Assembly (NCBI GenBank): GCA_049322655.1
Contig: JBMORP010000006.1
Coordinates: 384,410-448,409, forward strand
DNA length: 64,000 nt
Reading direction: 5' to 3'
Origin: Patescibacteria group bacterium
GTDB taxonomy: Bacteria > Patescibacteriota > Microgenomatia > UBA1400 > PJMF01
Numbering within the stretch: position 1 is the first letter of the stretch; every line of letters begins with the position of its first letter. A program made the translations under genes and the position numbers. Of this stretch, positions 19,431 through 31,200 are shown in pieces. The notes beneath the pieces are model-generated. The model saw only the letters and a list, made by a program, of their open reading frames with translations. It did no database searches and was not told where the DNA came from.

Positions 19431-19952
19431 TCAAAATTTAACATTTTCTGTCATTGTTTTCTGACCAATAAAAGCTACTACATCCACAGTTGGATCAAAC
19501 ACTTCTATTAAATCAAGATCAGACCTATCCAATATTTTTAATCCTTCTATTTCTTTTCCAGACAACAATGATCGCTTTAATTTCTTGTAACGACTGGGTT
19601 CCATATAAAAATCAAGATCTCCCACCTGATTGTGTTCAATATCATTTTTACGAATATAGAGATATGTATAAGTAGTTTTTGGAATATTATTTTCTGCTGA
19701 AATAACTATCGGTTGATACAAACGAAAATATTTTTTATTCCAATTGTCAGAAGAATCCGTAAGTTCCTCTCTCATCTTAGTTAAAAAATTAAATTCGTCA
19801 TCATCATGACAAAAAATTCCAATATTACCTGCTACTGGCAAAATATAACCAAGCTTTTGTTTACATAATTCAAAGGATTTAAAATGAACATGCTTAATTG
19901 CTCTTAACAACTCTGCTTGAGTTTTAATGGGACTAAAACGAAAAGATTTCAT
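19431..19952 (-). CDS. Hypothetical protein
   Basis: 173-aa ORF preceded by an extended -10 motif; no recognised family. Confidence 0.65.
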   Translation of the reverse strand: MKSFRFSPIKTQAELLRAIKHVHFKSFELCKQKLGYILPVAGNIGIFCHDDDEFNFLTKMREELTDSSDNWNKKYFRLYQPIVISAENNIPKTTYTYLYIRKNDIEHNQVGDLDFYMEPSRYKKLKRSLLSGKEIEGLKILDRSDLDLIEVFDPTVDVVAFIGQKTMTENVKF

Positions 19953-19984
19953 AGCAAAATTCTATCATTAAACTTTAAACTACC

Positions 19985-20012
19985 AAAAACCCCGCCTTGT
20001 GAGCGGGGTTTT
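19985..20012 (-). terminator. Intrinsic terminator after tuf
   Basis: AAAACCCCGC...GCGGGGTTTT inverted repeat. Confidence 0.8.
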
Positions 20013-20033
20013 CTATTTCGGTTCAACCTAAGA

Positions 20034-21230
20034 TTATTTAACAATCTTAGTGATAGCCCCAGCTCCGACAGTGATTCCACCTTCACGGATAGCAAATCTT
20101 AAACCTTCGTTCACAGCAACTGGAGCGATAAGTTTGACATGCATCTTGGCGTTATCACCAGGCATAACCATCTCTACACCATCTGGGAGAGTGATTTCAC
20201 CAGTAACGTCAGTTGTTCTGATGTAAAACTGAGGTTTGTAACCACTGAAGAATGGTTTGTGACGACCACCTTCTTCTTTTTTCAAGATATAAACCTCGGC
20301 ATCAAACTCAACATGAGGAGTAATGCTACCTGGTTTAGCCAAAACTTGACCACGTTGGATATCATCTTTATCAACACCTCTCAACAAGATACCAACATTA
20401 TCACCAGCTTGACCTTCATCGAGTAATTTACGGAACATTTCAACTCCGGTAACAACACTCTTAGAAGTATCTTTGAAACCAACCATTTCGATTTCTTCAC
20501 CAACTTTGACTTTACCAGAAGCGATTCTTCCAGTAGCCACTGTACCACGACCTTTAATAGAGAAGACATCTTCAACAGGCATCAAGAATGGCTTATCAAG
20601 ATCACGAACTGGTTCTGGAATGTATGCATCAACTTGGTTCATGAGCTCCATCACTTGATCTTGAGCAGCAGCATCACCTTCCAAAGCTTTAAGAGCTGAC
20701 ACACGAACAACTGGAGTGTTATCGCCATCAAAACCATATTTACTCAAAAGCTCACGGACTTCCATTTCAACTAAATCAAGAAGTTCAGCATCATCAACCA
20801 TGTCGCATTTGTTCAAAGCAACGATCAATTTTGGCACGTTAACTTGATTAGCCAAAAGGATGTGTTCACGAGTTTGTGGCATTGGACCATCGGTAGCAGC
20901 CACAACCAAGATAGCACCATCCATTTGAGCAGCACCAGTGATCATGTTTTTGATGTAGTCAGCGTGACCTGGAGCATCAATATGAGCATAGTGTCTCTTG
21001 TCAGTTTCATATTCAATGTGAGAAATATTGATGGTCACACCACGAGCAGCTTCTTCTGGGGCGTTATCAATATCTAAATAGCCTAAAGCCTTGTTGGTAT
21101 CACAAGGAACTTTAGCTGCCAAAGTGGCAGTAATAGCAGCGGTCAAAGTGGTTTTACCATGATCAACGTGACCAATGGTTCCAATATTGACGTGAGGTTT
21201 GCTTCGGACAAATTTTTTACTGTCAGACAT
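20034..21230 (-). CDS. tuf: Elongation factor Tu
   Basis: [33 protein letters not shown]. Confidence 0.99.
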   Translation of the reverse strand: MSDSKKFVRSKPHVNIGTIGHVDHGKTTLTAAITATLAAKVPCDTNKALGYLDIDNAPEEAARGVTINISHIEYETDKRHYAHIDAPGHADYIKNMITGAAQMDGAILVVAATDGPMPQTREHILLANQVNVPKLIVALNKCDMVDDAELLDLVEMEVRELLSKYGFDGDNTPVVRVSALKALEGDAAAQDQVMELMNQVDAYIPEPVRDLDKPFLMPVEDVFSIKGRGTVATGRIASGKVKVGEEIEMVGFKDTSKSVVTGVEMFRKLLDEGQAGDNVGILLRGVDKDDIQRGQVLAKPGSITPHVEFDAEVYILKKEEGGRHKPFFSGYKPQFYIRTTDVTGEITLPDGVEMVMPGDNAKMHVKLIAPVAVNEGLRFAIREGGITVGAGAITKIVK

Positions 21231-21296
21231 ATTTTCTCCTTTTTTATTTGTACTTTTTCTTTTACTACTTTCTACTTAATTTAGAACGAAAAAACA

Positions 21297-23432
21297 CTAA
21301 CGAACGTGTGCTCCTTTGCGTTCTTCTACGATTTTATCAGTAATGCTTTTTGGTACTTCCTCATAATGACTTGGTAACAACACACTACTAGCACGACCTT
21401 GAGTCATGCTTCTCAAGATTGTAACATAGCCTTGCATCTCTGCCAACGGAACAAGCGCCGTAATAATCACTGCTTTACCTCTGTTGGTAGTACCTTGGAT
21501 TTGAGCTCTTTTACTACCCAAATCACCAATCACATCACCCATAAATTCTTCAGGTGTGGTGACTTCAAGTTTCATGATTGGTTCAATCAGCACCATTCCA
21601 GCTGTCTTCATGGCTTCACGCATACCCAAGGAACCAGCCATCTTAAAAGCCAATTCACTTGAGTCAACATCGTGGTAAGAACCATCATAAAGAGCAACTT
21701 TAATATCGGTCATTGGATAGCCAGCCAAGAAACCTCTTTCTAAAGATTCTTGAATACCTTTGTTGGTTGGCTCAATGTATTCACGAGGCACAACTCCACC
21801 GGTAATCTCATTAACAAATTCATAACCAGTTCCACGATCCTTTGGTTCAACTCTCAGTAAAACGTGACCATATTGACCACGGCCACCAGTTTGTTTGATG
21901 TATTTACCCTCGCCTTCAGTCACCTTAGTAATGGTTTCACGGTAAGCAACTTGAGGAGCTCCAACATCGGCATCAACATTAAACTCTCTTTTCATCCGAT
22001 CAACAATGATCTCCAAATGAAGTTCACCCATACCACCAATAATGGTCTGACCAGTTTCATGGTCAACCTTAATGGAAAAGGTGGGATCTTCTTCAGAAAG
22101 TTTATTCAGAGCTAGTCCCATTTTTTCTTGGTCAGATTTAGTCTTTGGCTCAATTGCCAATGAGATCACTGGCTCAGCAAAAGTAATACCTTCCAAGATA
22201 ATTGGATCATTTTCATCAGAAAGAGTATCGCCTGTTTTGGTTTCTTTCAAACCAACAACGGCCACAATCTCACCAGCTTTGGCTTCACTGATTTCCTCAC
22301 GCTTATTAGCGTGCATCAGTAACAACCGACCCACTCTTTCTTTTTCGTCCTTAGAAGAGTTATAAACATAACTGCCAGCTTTCAACACACCAGAGTAAAC
22401 ACGGAAGTAAGTTAACTTACCAACGTGAGGATCAGTTTGAATTTTGAAAGCCAAGCCAGCAAATTTTTCCTCTGGAATTAATTTACGAGTAATTTTTTCT
22501 TCTGAATTGGGTTTGGTACCTTCAATATGATCAATATCCATTGGTGATGGCAAATATTCGACCACGGCATCCAATAACACTTGGATACCAGTATTTTTCA
22601 AAGAAGAACCAGCAAAAACAGGTACCAACTTATAGCTAATTACGGCCTTACGAAGGGCTGTTTTTAGTTCAGCCACAGTAATTTCTTCTTCGTTAAAGAA
22701 TTTTTCCATCAAAGCATCATCGGTTTCAGCAATAGCTTCAACCAAGTTGGCTCTCATTTCTTCAGCTTTAGCACGATATTCTTCGGGAATTTCCATGATC
22801 TCTGGTTCAGTGGCAGCAGCATGATCTTTCCAAAAAAGAGCTTTCATCTCCAAGAGTTGAATTACTCCCTTGAAGTCATTTTCAGCTCCCATTGGCATTA
22901 CCATCACTGCTGGAGTTACACCAAACTTATCACGGATATCTTGAATAGTAGCCAAAAAGTCGGCTCCTAATTTATCCATTTTATTGACAAAACAAACCCG
23001 AGGCACATTGTATTTATCAGCTTGACGCCAGACTGTTTCAGATTGTGATTGCACACCTTCTGAAGCATCTAATACCGTTACCCCACCATCCAAAACACGT
23101 AAAGAGCGTTCTACCTCAGCGGTAAAATCAACATGGCCTGGTGTATCAATGATATTAAAACGATATTCTTCATTTGGAAGATTACTTTCAAAGTATGGTT
23201 TCCAGAAGGCAGTCGTGGCAGCAGACACAATGGTAATACCACGTTCTTGCTCTTGAGCCATCCAATCCATAGTGGCAGCTCCCTCATGAACTTCGCCAAT
23301 TTTATAGTTTTTTCCAGTATAAAAAAGGATTCTCTCAGTCGTGGTAGTTTTACCTGCGTCAATGTGAGCAATGATTCCAATGTTTCTTACTCTTTCCAAT
23401 GGAACTCGTTTATTAGCTGATTTGTCTGACAT
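21297..23432 (-). CDS. fusA: Elongation factor G
   Basis: [32 protein letters not shown]. Confidence 0.99.
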   Translation of the reverse strand: MSDKSANKRVPLERVRNIGIIAHIDAGKTTTTERILFYTGKNYKIGEVHEGAATMDWMAQEQERGITIVSAATTAFWKPYFESNLPNEEYRFNIIDTPGHVDFTAEVERSLRVLDGGVTVLDASEGVQSQSETVWRQADKYNVPRVCFVNKMDKLGADFLATIQDIRDKFGVTPAVMVMPMGAENDFKGVIQLLEMKALFWKDHAAATEPEIMEIPEEYRAKAEEMRANLVEAIAETDDALMEKFFNEEEITVAELKTALRKAVISYKLVPVFAGSSLKNTGIQVLLDAVVEYLPSPMDIDHIEGTKPNSEEKITRKLIPEEKFAGLAFKIQTDPHVGKLTYFRVYSGVLKAGSYVYNSSKDEKERVGRLLLMHANKREEISEAKAGEIVAVVGLKETKTGDTLSDENDPIILEGITFAEPVISLAIEPKTKSDQEKMGLALNKLSEEDPTFSIKVDHETGQTIIGGMGELHLEIIVDRMKREFNVDADVGAPQVAYRETITKVTEGEGKYIKQTGGRGQYGHVLLRVEPKDRGTGYEFVNEITGGVVPREYIEPTNKGIQESLERGFLAGYPMTDIKVALYDGSYHDVDSSELAFKMAGSLGMREAMKTAGMVLIEPIMKLEVTTPEEFMGDVIGDLGSKRAQIQGTTNRGKAVIITALVPLAEMQGYVTILRSMTQGRASSVLLPSHYEEVPKSITDKIVEERKGAHVR

Positions 23433-23530
23433 ATTTTTACCTTTTAAAAATAATTTCCATAACTAAACCCACACCCATTCTTCATAACAAGAAGATTCCC
23501 CTGCCAGGAATACTGAGTGCGGTAATTCTT

Positions 23531-24007
23531 TTACCAACGGAAGTGAGAGAAAGCCTTATTGGCTTCTGCCATTCTGTGTGAAGTCAATTTCTTCTCTATT
23601 GCACCACCGGTGTTCTCCAATGCATCGAGAATCTCTGCGGATAACTTTTCTGCATAGGAGTGAAATTCTTTGTTTGAACGTTTGTTGGATTCTAATACCA
23701 GCCAACGAATAGCCAATGAAGTAGCTCTTCTAGTTTGAACAGGCATTGGCACTTGATAAGATGCGCCACCAACTCTTCTAGAACGAACTTCCATTTGTGG
23801 AGTAATGTTAGCAACAGCTGCCTCTAAAACTTCAACTGGTTGCTTTTTTGTTTTATCAGCGGCAATTTCTAAGGCAGTATAAACTTGTTTCTGAGCAACA
23901 GATTTTTTACCATCCTTCATTGAACGGCTAATCAACTTGGCCACTAAAACTGAATTATACTTAGCGTCAGGAGAAACTTCGCGGAGTTTAGCTTTTTTTG
24001 TTCTCAT
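23531..24007 (-). CDS. rpsG: 30S ribosomal protein S7
   Basis: EVRSRRVGGASYQVP, HRMAEANKAFSHFRW. Confidence 0.98.
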   Translation of the reverse strand: MRTKKAKLREVSPDAKYNSVLVAKLISRSMKDGKKSVAQKQVYTALEIAADKTKKQPVEVLEAAVANITPQMEVRSRRVGGASYQVPMPVQTRRATSLAIRWLVLESNKRSNKEFHSYAEKLSAEILDALENTGGAIEKKLTSHRMAEANKAFSHFRW

Positions 24008-24010
24008 GCT

Positions 24011-24424
24011 TTATTTTCCTCTTTTCACACCATACTTACTGCGACTGGTTTTACGACCTTCAACACCAGCACAATCAAACTTACCACGAACTACATGGTA
24101 CTTCACACCTGGTAAATCTTTTACCCGGCCCCCACGGATCATCACCACACTGTGTTCAGCAAGATTATGACCTTCACCTTGAATATAAGCAGTCACTTCC
24201 ATACGATTAGATAAACGCACACGAGCAACCTTACGCAAAGCTGAGTTAGGTTTCTTTGGAGTCATGGTTTTAACCACAGTACAAACACCTCTTTTTTGAG
24301 GGTTATTGGTTTTTACAGGTTTACCAGTAATTGAGTTGAAAGATCTTCTCAAAGCAGCAGCTTTAACTCGCTTGGATCGATCGATTCTTCCACCTTTTCT
24401 GATAAGTTGATTAATTGTAGGCAT
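24011..24424 (-). CDS. rpsL: 30S ribosomal protein S12
   Basis: [21 protein letters not shown]. Confidence 0.98.
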   Translation of the reverse strand: MPTINQLIRKGGRIDRSKRVKAAALRRSFNSITGKPVKTNNPQKRGVCTVVKTMTPKKPNSALRKVARVRLSNRMEVTAYIQGEGHNLAEHSVVMIRGGRVKDLPGVKYHVVRGKFDCAGVEGRKTSRSKYGVKRGK

Positions 24425-24529
24425 AAATTTCTTTTATTTCCTTACTTCGATTTTCAGATTGTGGGATTGTAACATGACGCGGTTAGTTTTACCACTCGAT
24501 GTTACAGCCCACCATCTCCTAATTCATTT

Positions 24530-27500
24530 TTATATCTCGCGAGCCCGCTCTTCACTGGTAGGGATCAATCTACCAATAATCACGTTCTCCTTCAATCCTT
24601 CCAAAGTATCGACTTTGCCAGCAGATGCTGCATCGGTTAACACATGTTTGGTGTGTTGGAATGATGCGGCGGAAAGCCAAGAATGGGTAAAGAGTGAAGA
24701 TCTAGTAATACCAAGTAACAAAACTTTAGCTGTAGCAGGTTCACCACCAGCAGCCATGGTTTCATCATTGATCGCCATAAAGCGACTACGTTCAACAATT
24801 TCTCCTGTTAAGAAATCGGTATCACCACTCATCTCGATTCTAACTTTATCACCCATTTTACGGGCAATTACCTCGAAATGTCGGTCGTTAATCCCAATTC
24901 CCTGAGATTCATAAACTGCCTGAACTTGGTCAACAATGTGTTGTTGTGCATACATCAAACCCTGAAGTTGTAATAACTCTTGGATATCAGCTCCACCTGA
25001 AGTCAACATTTGACCAGGATGAACTAAATCTCCATTTTCCACCAACAAACTTCTGTTAGCTGGAATAATGTGCTCTTCTTCCTCTTTTGGTGGAGTAGTT
25101 GAGGTAATGGTGATGATTTTGTCATCATCATTCTCTTCAATTTTAACTTTTCCAGCAATTCTAGCCACAAAAGCAGCTAGTTTGGGATTACGAGCTTCCA
25201 AAAGTTCTTCAACACGAGGTAAACCTTGAGTCACATCAAGACCAACGATACCTCCAGAGTGCTTAACCCGCATGGTCAACTGAGTACCAGGTTCACCAAT
25301 AGATTGAGCAGCAATCACACCCACTGGAACACCGATATCGACTTTGTCTCTGGTGGAAAAATCCCAACCATAACAAGTCTGACAAAGACCTTTTCTAGCC
25401 TCACAAGTAAGAGGGGATCTAACCATTACTGTCTCGATTTTGTCATTAAGATCAATAACTTTAGTTAAATCATCATTAAGGAAATCACCTTTTTTAGCAA
25501 TTACCTTGTTACCATCTTTAACATCGTCAGCTAGATAACGACCCAAAATGCGGTTGTAGAAAGCATCTCGACGAGTAGCCTTAGAGATCTCGATTCCTTT
25601 AGTGGTCTCACAGTCTTCCATTCTAATAATGGCATCATGAGCCACGTCACTCAAACGACGAGTAAGGTAACCAGCGTCTGCAGTCTTGATAGCTGAGTCA
25701 GTTAAACCTTTTCTAGAACCACGAGCGGAAGTGACATATTCGAAAATAGTTAAACCTTGTCTAAAGTTAGACTTAGTTGGCATTTCCACGATGTTGCCCA
25801 ACGGATCAACCACCAAACCACGCATCGCAGCCAACTGTTTAACCTGATCTTTGGAAGCACGAGTACCTCCAGAATCGATCATTACTTTCACAGCATTGTC
25901 ATCATCGTAAGAATCCCAAGTTTTCTCAGCTAATTCTTCGGTAGTTTCCATCCAAATCTCGATACCTTTTCTACGACGTTCATCATCAGTGATTAAACCT
26001 TGTAAGTAACTATCCTGAACCTTTTCAACTCGTTTGTTAGCTTTATCAATAATGGCTGGCTTCTCATCAATCATCTTACAGTCAGTCACAGACACTGATA
26101 AACCAGATCTGGTAGCAGCTTCAAAACCAAGGTTTTTGATTGAGTCAATTAATCTAGCAACTTTATCATCGTCATAGTTTTCGATGGCTCGAGTCACTAA
26201 TTCTTTGATGTCTTTAGCCTTGACTGGCTCATTAACGAACTCAGCTTCTTCTGGAAGTAAGTCGTTAAATCTCAATCTACCGACTGAAGTTACCACCAAA
26301 CCTTTACCTGGTAATCTAATGGTAATAGCTTGTCTTAAACTGAGTAAGCCTACTTGGTAAGCATGATAAGCTTCATCTTTAGAAGCAAAAACTACTGGAA
26401 ATTTACCTAATTTTTCATCTAGTGAAGTGTAATAGAAAACACCCATTGCCATTTCCTTATTAGGCACAGTAATAGGCTCACCATTAGCTGGTTTGAGTAA
26501 GTTGTGGGTAGCCATCATCAACTCTTCAGCCTCTTGACGAGCTTCTTTAGTCAAAGGTACATGAACAGCCATCTGATCGCCATCAAAGTCAGCGTTATAC
26601 CCAGAACAAACACAAGGATGCAGTCTAATAGCACTACCTTCAATCAATTGAGGATAGAAAGCCTGCATACCCAATTTGTGTAAGGTTGGCGCACGGTTCA
26701 AAATCACAGGGTGATTAGCCGTCACTTTTTCTAACACATCATAAACTTCTGGTTCACGACGATCAACTAAATGACGAGCACTCTTTACATTGGGTGCTAC
26801 GCCTTGAACAATTAATTCACGTAAAACATAAGGCTTGAACATCTCCAAAGCCATATCTTTTGGTAAACCACATTGATCAAGTCTTAATTCTGGACCAACC
26901 ACAATGACACTACGACCAGAATAATCAACACGTTTACCCAATAAGTTTTGACGGAAACGACCTTGTTTACCACGCAACATTTCGGACAGTGATCTCAATG
27001 GTCTTCGGTTTGATCTTCTTCTGGTTTGACGAGCCTGACTACTATCGATCAAAGAATCAACAGCTTCCTGAAGCATACGTTTTTCATTCCGTAAAATGAT
27101 TTCAGGGGCTCCCAAATTGATTAAGTGTTTTAAACGGTTGTTACGGTTAATTACTCTGCGATAAAGATCATTTAGATCTGAAGAAGCAAATCTCCCACCA
27201 GATAATTGAACCATTGGGCGCAAGTCTGCTGGCAAGACTGGCAAAACACTTAAAAACATCCAAGAAGGATCAATGTTAGCTTTTTTAAAGCCTTCAACTA
27301 CTCTCAATCTCTTGGTAGCTTTAACTCTTTTAGCTCCCTTGCTTTCAGCCATCTCGCCACGAAGTTGCTCCACCAAGGAATCCATATCTACTTGCTTAAC
27401 TAACTCAAGGATACTTTCAGCACCCATGCCTACTCTCAAATGAGCTGCGGCATCATATTCATCAAGCTTAAGATATTCATCTTCACTTAAAATACTTTGT

Positions 27501-28216
27501 TTTTTGATCTTTTTAACCAAAGTCTTGATGGTCTTAAAGATTTCAGCGGTTTGTTCCAACTGAAGTTCTAGTTGTTGTTTAACATTAGAAAGACTTTGTT
27601 TGGCTTTGAGCTTGAGTTCTTCCAATTTTAATTGAAGGGTTTCCTTACTCTTAACTTTTTCTTTCAAAGTCGCAACATCTTTTTCCAACTGATCTTGAAT
27701 CTTTTGGATATCTTTTTCTGCTGTCTCTTTGAGTTCATCTTGAGCTGCCACCAAATTAACTTCCAAACGATCATTGACCTCTTTTTTCTCATCTTCATCA
27801 ACTTCCAAAACGATATATTGGGAAAAATACATGATGGAGTTGAGATTTCTTGGAGAGATATCCAACAGTAATGATAATTTAGAAGGAGCTCCTTTGAAGA
27901 ACCAGATATGAGCAGCTGGAGCAGCCAAAGTAATATGAGCCATTCGTTCGCGACGCACTTTGGATTGAGTTACCTCAACACCACATTTGTCACAGACAAT
28001 ACCCTTATAGCGAATACGTTTGTATTTACCACAGTAACACTCATAATCTTTAACCGGACCAAAGATTTTCTCGTCAAAGAGACCATCTTTCTCTGGTTTT
28101 AGAGAACGATAGTTAATGGTTTCTGGTTTTTTGACCTCACCGTTTGACCAGTTTAAAATCTCTTCTGGAGAAGCGATACCAATTTGTAAAGCTGAAAAGT
28201 CGATAATATTTTTCAT
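24530..28216 (-). CDS. rpoC: RNA polymerase beta' subunit
   Basis: NADFDGD, zinc-binding C..C motifs, GKRVDYSGRSVI, QSIGEPGTQLT; start MKNIIDF at 28216. Confidence 0.99.
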   Translation of the reverse strand: MKNIIDFSALQIGIASPEEILNWSNGEVKKPETINYRSLKPEKDGLFDEKIFGPVKDYECYCGKYKRIRYKGIVCDKCGVEVTQSKVRRERMAHITLAAPAAHIWFFKGAPSKLSLLLDISPRNLNSIMYFSQYIVLEVDEDEKKEVNDRLEVNLVAAQDELKETAEKDIQKIQDQLEKDVATLKEKVKSKETLQLKLEELKLKAKQSLSNVKQQLELQLEQTAEIFKTIKTLVKKIKKQSILSEDEYLKLDEYDAAAHLRVGMGAESILELVKQVDMDSLVEQLRGEMAESKGAKRVKATKRLRVVEGFKKANIDPSWMFLSVLPVLPADLRPMVQLSGGRFASSDLNDLYRRVINRNNRLKHLINLGAPEIILRNEKRMLQEAVDSLIDSSQARQTRRRSNRRPLRSLSEMLRGKQGRFRQNLLGKRVDYSGRSVIVVGPELRLDQCGLPKDMALEMFKPYVLRELIVQGVAPNVKSARHLVDRREPEVYDVLEKVTANHPVILNRAPTLHKLGMQAFYPQLIEGSAIRLHPCVCSGYNADFDGDQMAVHVPLTKEARQEAEELMMATHNLLKPANGEPITVPNKEMAMGVFYYTSLDEKLGKFPVVFASKDEAYHAYQVGLLSLRQAITIRLPGKGLVVTSVGRLRFNDLLPEEAEFVNEPVKAKDIKELVTRAIENYDDDKVARLIDSIKNLGFEAATRSGLSVSVTDCKMIDEKPAIIDKANKRVEKVQDSYLQGLITDDERRRKGIEIWMETTEELAEKTWDSYDDDNAVKVMIDSGGTRASKDQVKQLAAMRGLVVDPLGNIVEMPTKSNFRQGLTIFEYVTSARGSRKGLTDSAIKTADAGYLTRRLSDVAHDAIIRMEDCETTKGIEISKATRRDAFYNRILGRYLADDVKDGNKVIAKKGDFLNDDLTKVIDLNDKIETVMVRSPLTCEARKGLCQTCYGWDFSTRDKVDIGVPVGVIAAQSIGEPGTQLTMRVKHSGGIVGLDVTQGLPRVEELLEARNPKLAAFVARIAGKVKIEENDDDKIITITSTTPPKEEEEHIIPANRSLLVENGDLVHPGQMLTSGGADIQELLQLQGLMYAQQHIVDQVQAVYESQGIGINDRHFEVIARKMGDKVRIEMSGDTDFLTGEIVERSRFMAINDETMAAGGEPATAKVLLLGITRSSLFTHSWLSAASFQHTKHVLTDAASAGKVDTLEGLKENVIIGRLIPTSEERAREI

Positions 28217-28241
28217 ATGTTTCCTTCGTAAAAGCAAATTT

Positions 28242-31200
28242 TTACGCTGCTGCTCCTTCCTCATCAGTAACTTCTTCTTCGTCTGTCTCTTCTAGATCTG
28301 TTGGCTCTGAATCTTCATCAGCTAATTCTTCACTCTCGTCTTCTGAAACCCCATCCTCTTCTAGCTCTTCTGGATCATCTGGCATTTCTTCAGGAGACAA
28401 CGGCTCAGCTGGTTGATCTTCTGGATCATCTTCTTCTTCGGAATCAATTGGGTTAACAGTCAAAGCTAAAGAATTTAACTCTCTCATTAACACTTTAAAT
28501 GACTCAGGTACAGAAGGAGCTGGAATATCATCACCCTTGACCATTGCTTCGAAAGCATTTGCTCTACCACGAACATCATCAGATTTGATGGTCAACATTT
28601 CTTGAAGAACATGAGCAGCACGATGTGCTTCTAAGGCCCAAACCTCCATTTCACCAAGACGTTGTCCACCCATTTGAGCTTTACCACCCAAAGGTTGTTG
28701 AGTCACCAAAGAGTAAGGTCCAGTTGAGCGAGCATGAGTCTTATCTTCGACCATGTGACTTAATTTCAGCATGTAACCAATACCCACTACAGTTTGCTCG
28801 CTAAAAGCTTCTCCTGTTCTACCATCATAGAGTTGAACTTTACCAGAACCTGGTAAACCAGCTCTTTCTAGCTCTGTCCAGATTTTACTCTCATCGATTC
28901 TTTCAAAAGCTGGAATAGCCACTCTATAACCAAGTTTTTGAGCTGCCCAGCCAAGGTGAGCTTCTAACAGCTGACCAAGATTCATACGAGCTAACACTGA
29001 CAATGGTGAAATAATAATATCAATGGCAGTTCCATCTTCGAGGTGAGGCATGTCAGCCACAGGCACGACTTTGGAAATAACACCTTTGTTACCATGTCTT
29101 CCTGCTAATTTGTCACCAACCCTAATCTTTCTGATTTGAGCCACTTTAACCACTACTTCTTTCAAAGTACCTGGATCTAATTCATCACCCAAGTCACGAT
29201 CTAAAGTCTGGACGTCAATAACAGTTCCGGTTTCACCATGAGGTAATCTCAAAGAAGTATCTCTCACTTCTTTAGATTTTTCACCAAAAATTGCTCTTAA
29301 TAATCTTTCTTCTGGAGAAAGTTCAGTCTCACCTTTTGGTGCAACTTTACCCACCAAAATATCACCAGAATTAACTTGACTACCAACTCTGATAATACCT
29401 TCCATGGTTAAGTTACTTAAATAAGCCTCACTGACATTAGGAATATCATTAGTGAGTTCCTCTGGTCCAAGTCTAGTGTCCATCACCTTAGCTTTATATT
29501 CATTAATCTGGATAGAAGTCAAAGAATCATCTTTAACCAAACGATCAGAAATCACGATCGCATCTTCATAACCCAAACCATCAAATGAAGTGTAAGCAAT
29601 CAATAAATTAGTACCCAAAGAAAGTTCTCCTTCATCTGCAGAAGGACCATTAATGATCACATCACCTGGTTGAACCTTTTGGCCGGCCTTGACTGCTACA
29701 TTTTGTGAATAACAAGTACTTTGAGAAGTTCTTGCAAATTTAACAATGTGGTAGGTAACCACACCTTTGTTGTACTCCACAGTCTCACTAGTTTTATTAG
29801 CAAAAAATACCTCGGCTTCCTTATGGTTAGCTTTATCTAATTTGAGTTCAACTCTATTAGCATCAGCATACTCAACAGTTCCAGAAAATTTAGCTACCAC
29901 AGAATGGTTCATGGCAGTAGAAACTGCTTTTTCCATACCTGTGCCAACTATCGGGGCTTGAGGTTTGACCAAAGGCACAGCTTGACATTGCATGTGGGTA
30001 CCCATCAAAGCGCGGTTGGCTTCATCATTAGCGATGAATGGAATTAAAGAAGCAGAAGTACCAATCACTTGACGAGGCACAACATCGATGTATTCCACAT
30101 CGGTAATTGGACCCTCTGTAAATTGGTTCATGTGACGAATTGACACCCAATCATCTTGAATTACACCCTTATCATCGATATCAATACTGGCATGAGTAAT
30201 CTTGTAGTCTTCTTCATCATCAGCTGAAAGATAGACAATTTCATCATAATTGACCTTAACTTTGTCACCCTTTTTATCGAGTTTAAAATAAGGAGCCTCT
30301 AAGAAACCAAAATCATTAACTCTAGTATAAAGAGCTAAATATGTTACCAAACCAATGTTTGGACCTTCTGGAGAACGAACTGGACAAATACGAGAGTACT
30401 GAGAGGCATTAATATCACGCATCGAGAATGAAGCTCGCTCACGAGTAACACCACCAGAACCCATAACTGATAGTCTGCGCAAGTTATCGACTTCAGAAAG
30501 AGGATTGGTTTGATCTAAGATGGCTGATAGTCTATTTCGTCTAAAAAATTCAGAAATAGTAGCAATTAATGGTCGAGCATTTACCAAAGCAGCTGGAGTT
30601 AAAGTCTCATCGGTCTTGGTCAAAGACATTTTTTCACGAATAGATCTTTCTAATCTGATTAAACCAATGCGGAAAGCACTAGTTTGCACCAACTCACCAA
30701 CACGTCTAACACGACGATTACTCAAGTGATCAATATCATCAACTTTACCAACACCATTTTGCAATTGAATTAAGTAACGCACTGTTTCAATAATATCTTC
30801 TGGAGTCAAAACCGTAGTTTTTTCATCAGCTGATAACTTAAGACGACGATTAATTTTGTAACGACCAACCTCACCCAAATCATATCGACGAGCATCAAAG
30901 AAAAGTTGAGTCAAATACTGTTTAGCTGTTTCAAGTACAGCTGGCTCTCCGGGTCTCATTTTTTCATAAATTTCGATTAAGGCTTCAGCCTGATTACTAG
31001 TTGGATCTTTTTGGAGAGTATTTTCTAATAAACTATATTCATCTTTTTTGACAATATCCTGGAAGAGTTCTCTAATTTGCTCATCAGACTCATAGCCCAA
31101 AGCACGAAGTAACACTGTGACTGGCATCTTACGTCTGCGGTCAATCTTGACAGTCATCACATCACGACGACCAACATTAACTTCCAACCAAGAACCTCTG

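Noticed and set aside
24011-24424. Streptomycin-resistance substitutions in S12
   Set aside because: PKKPNSA and RVKDLPG are canonical
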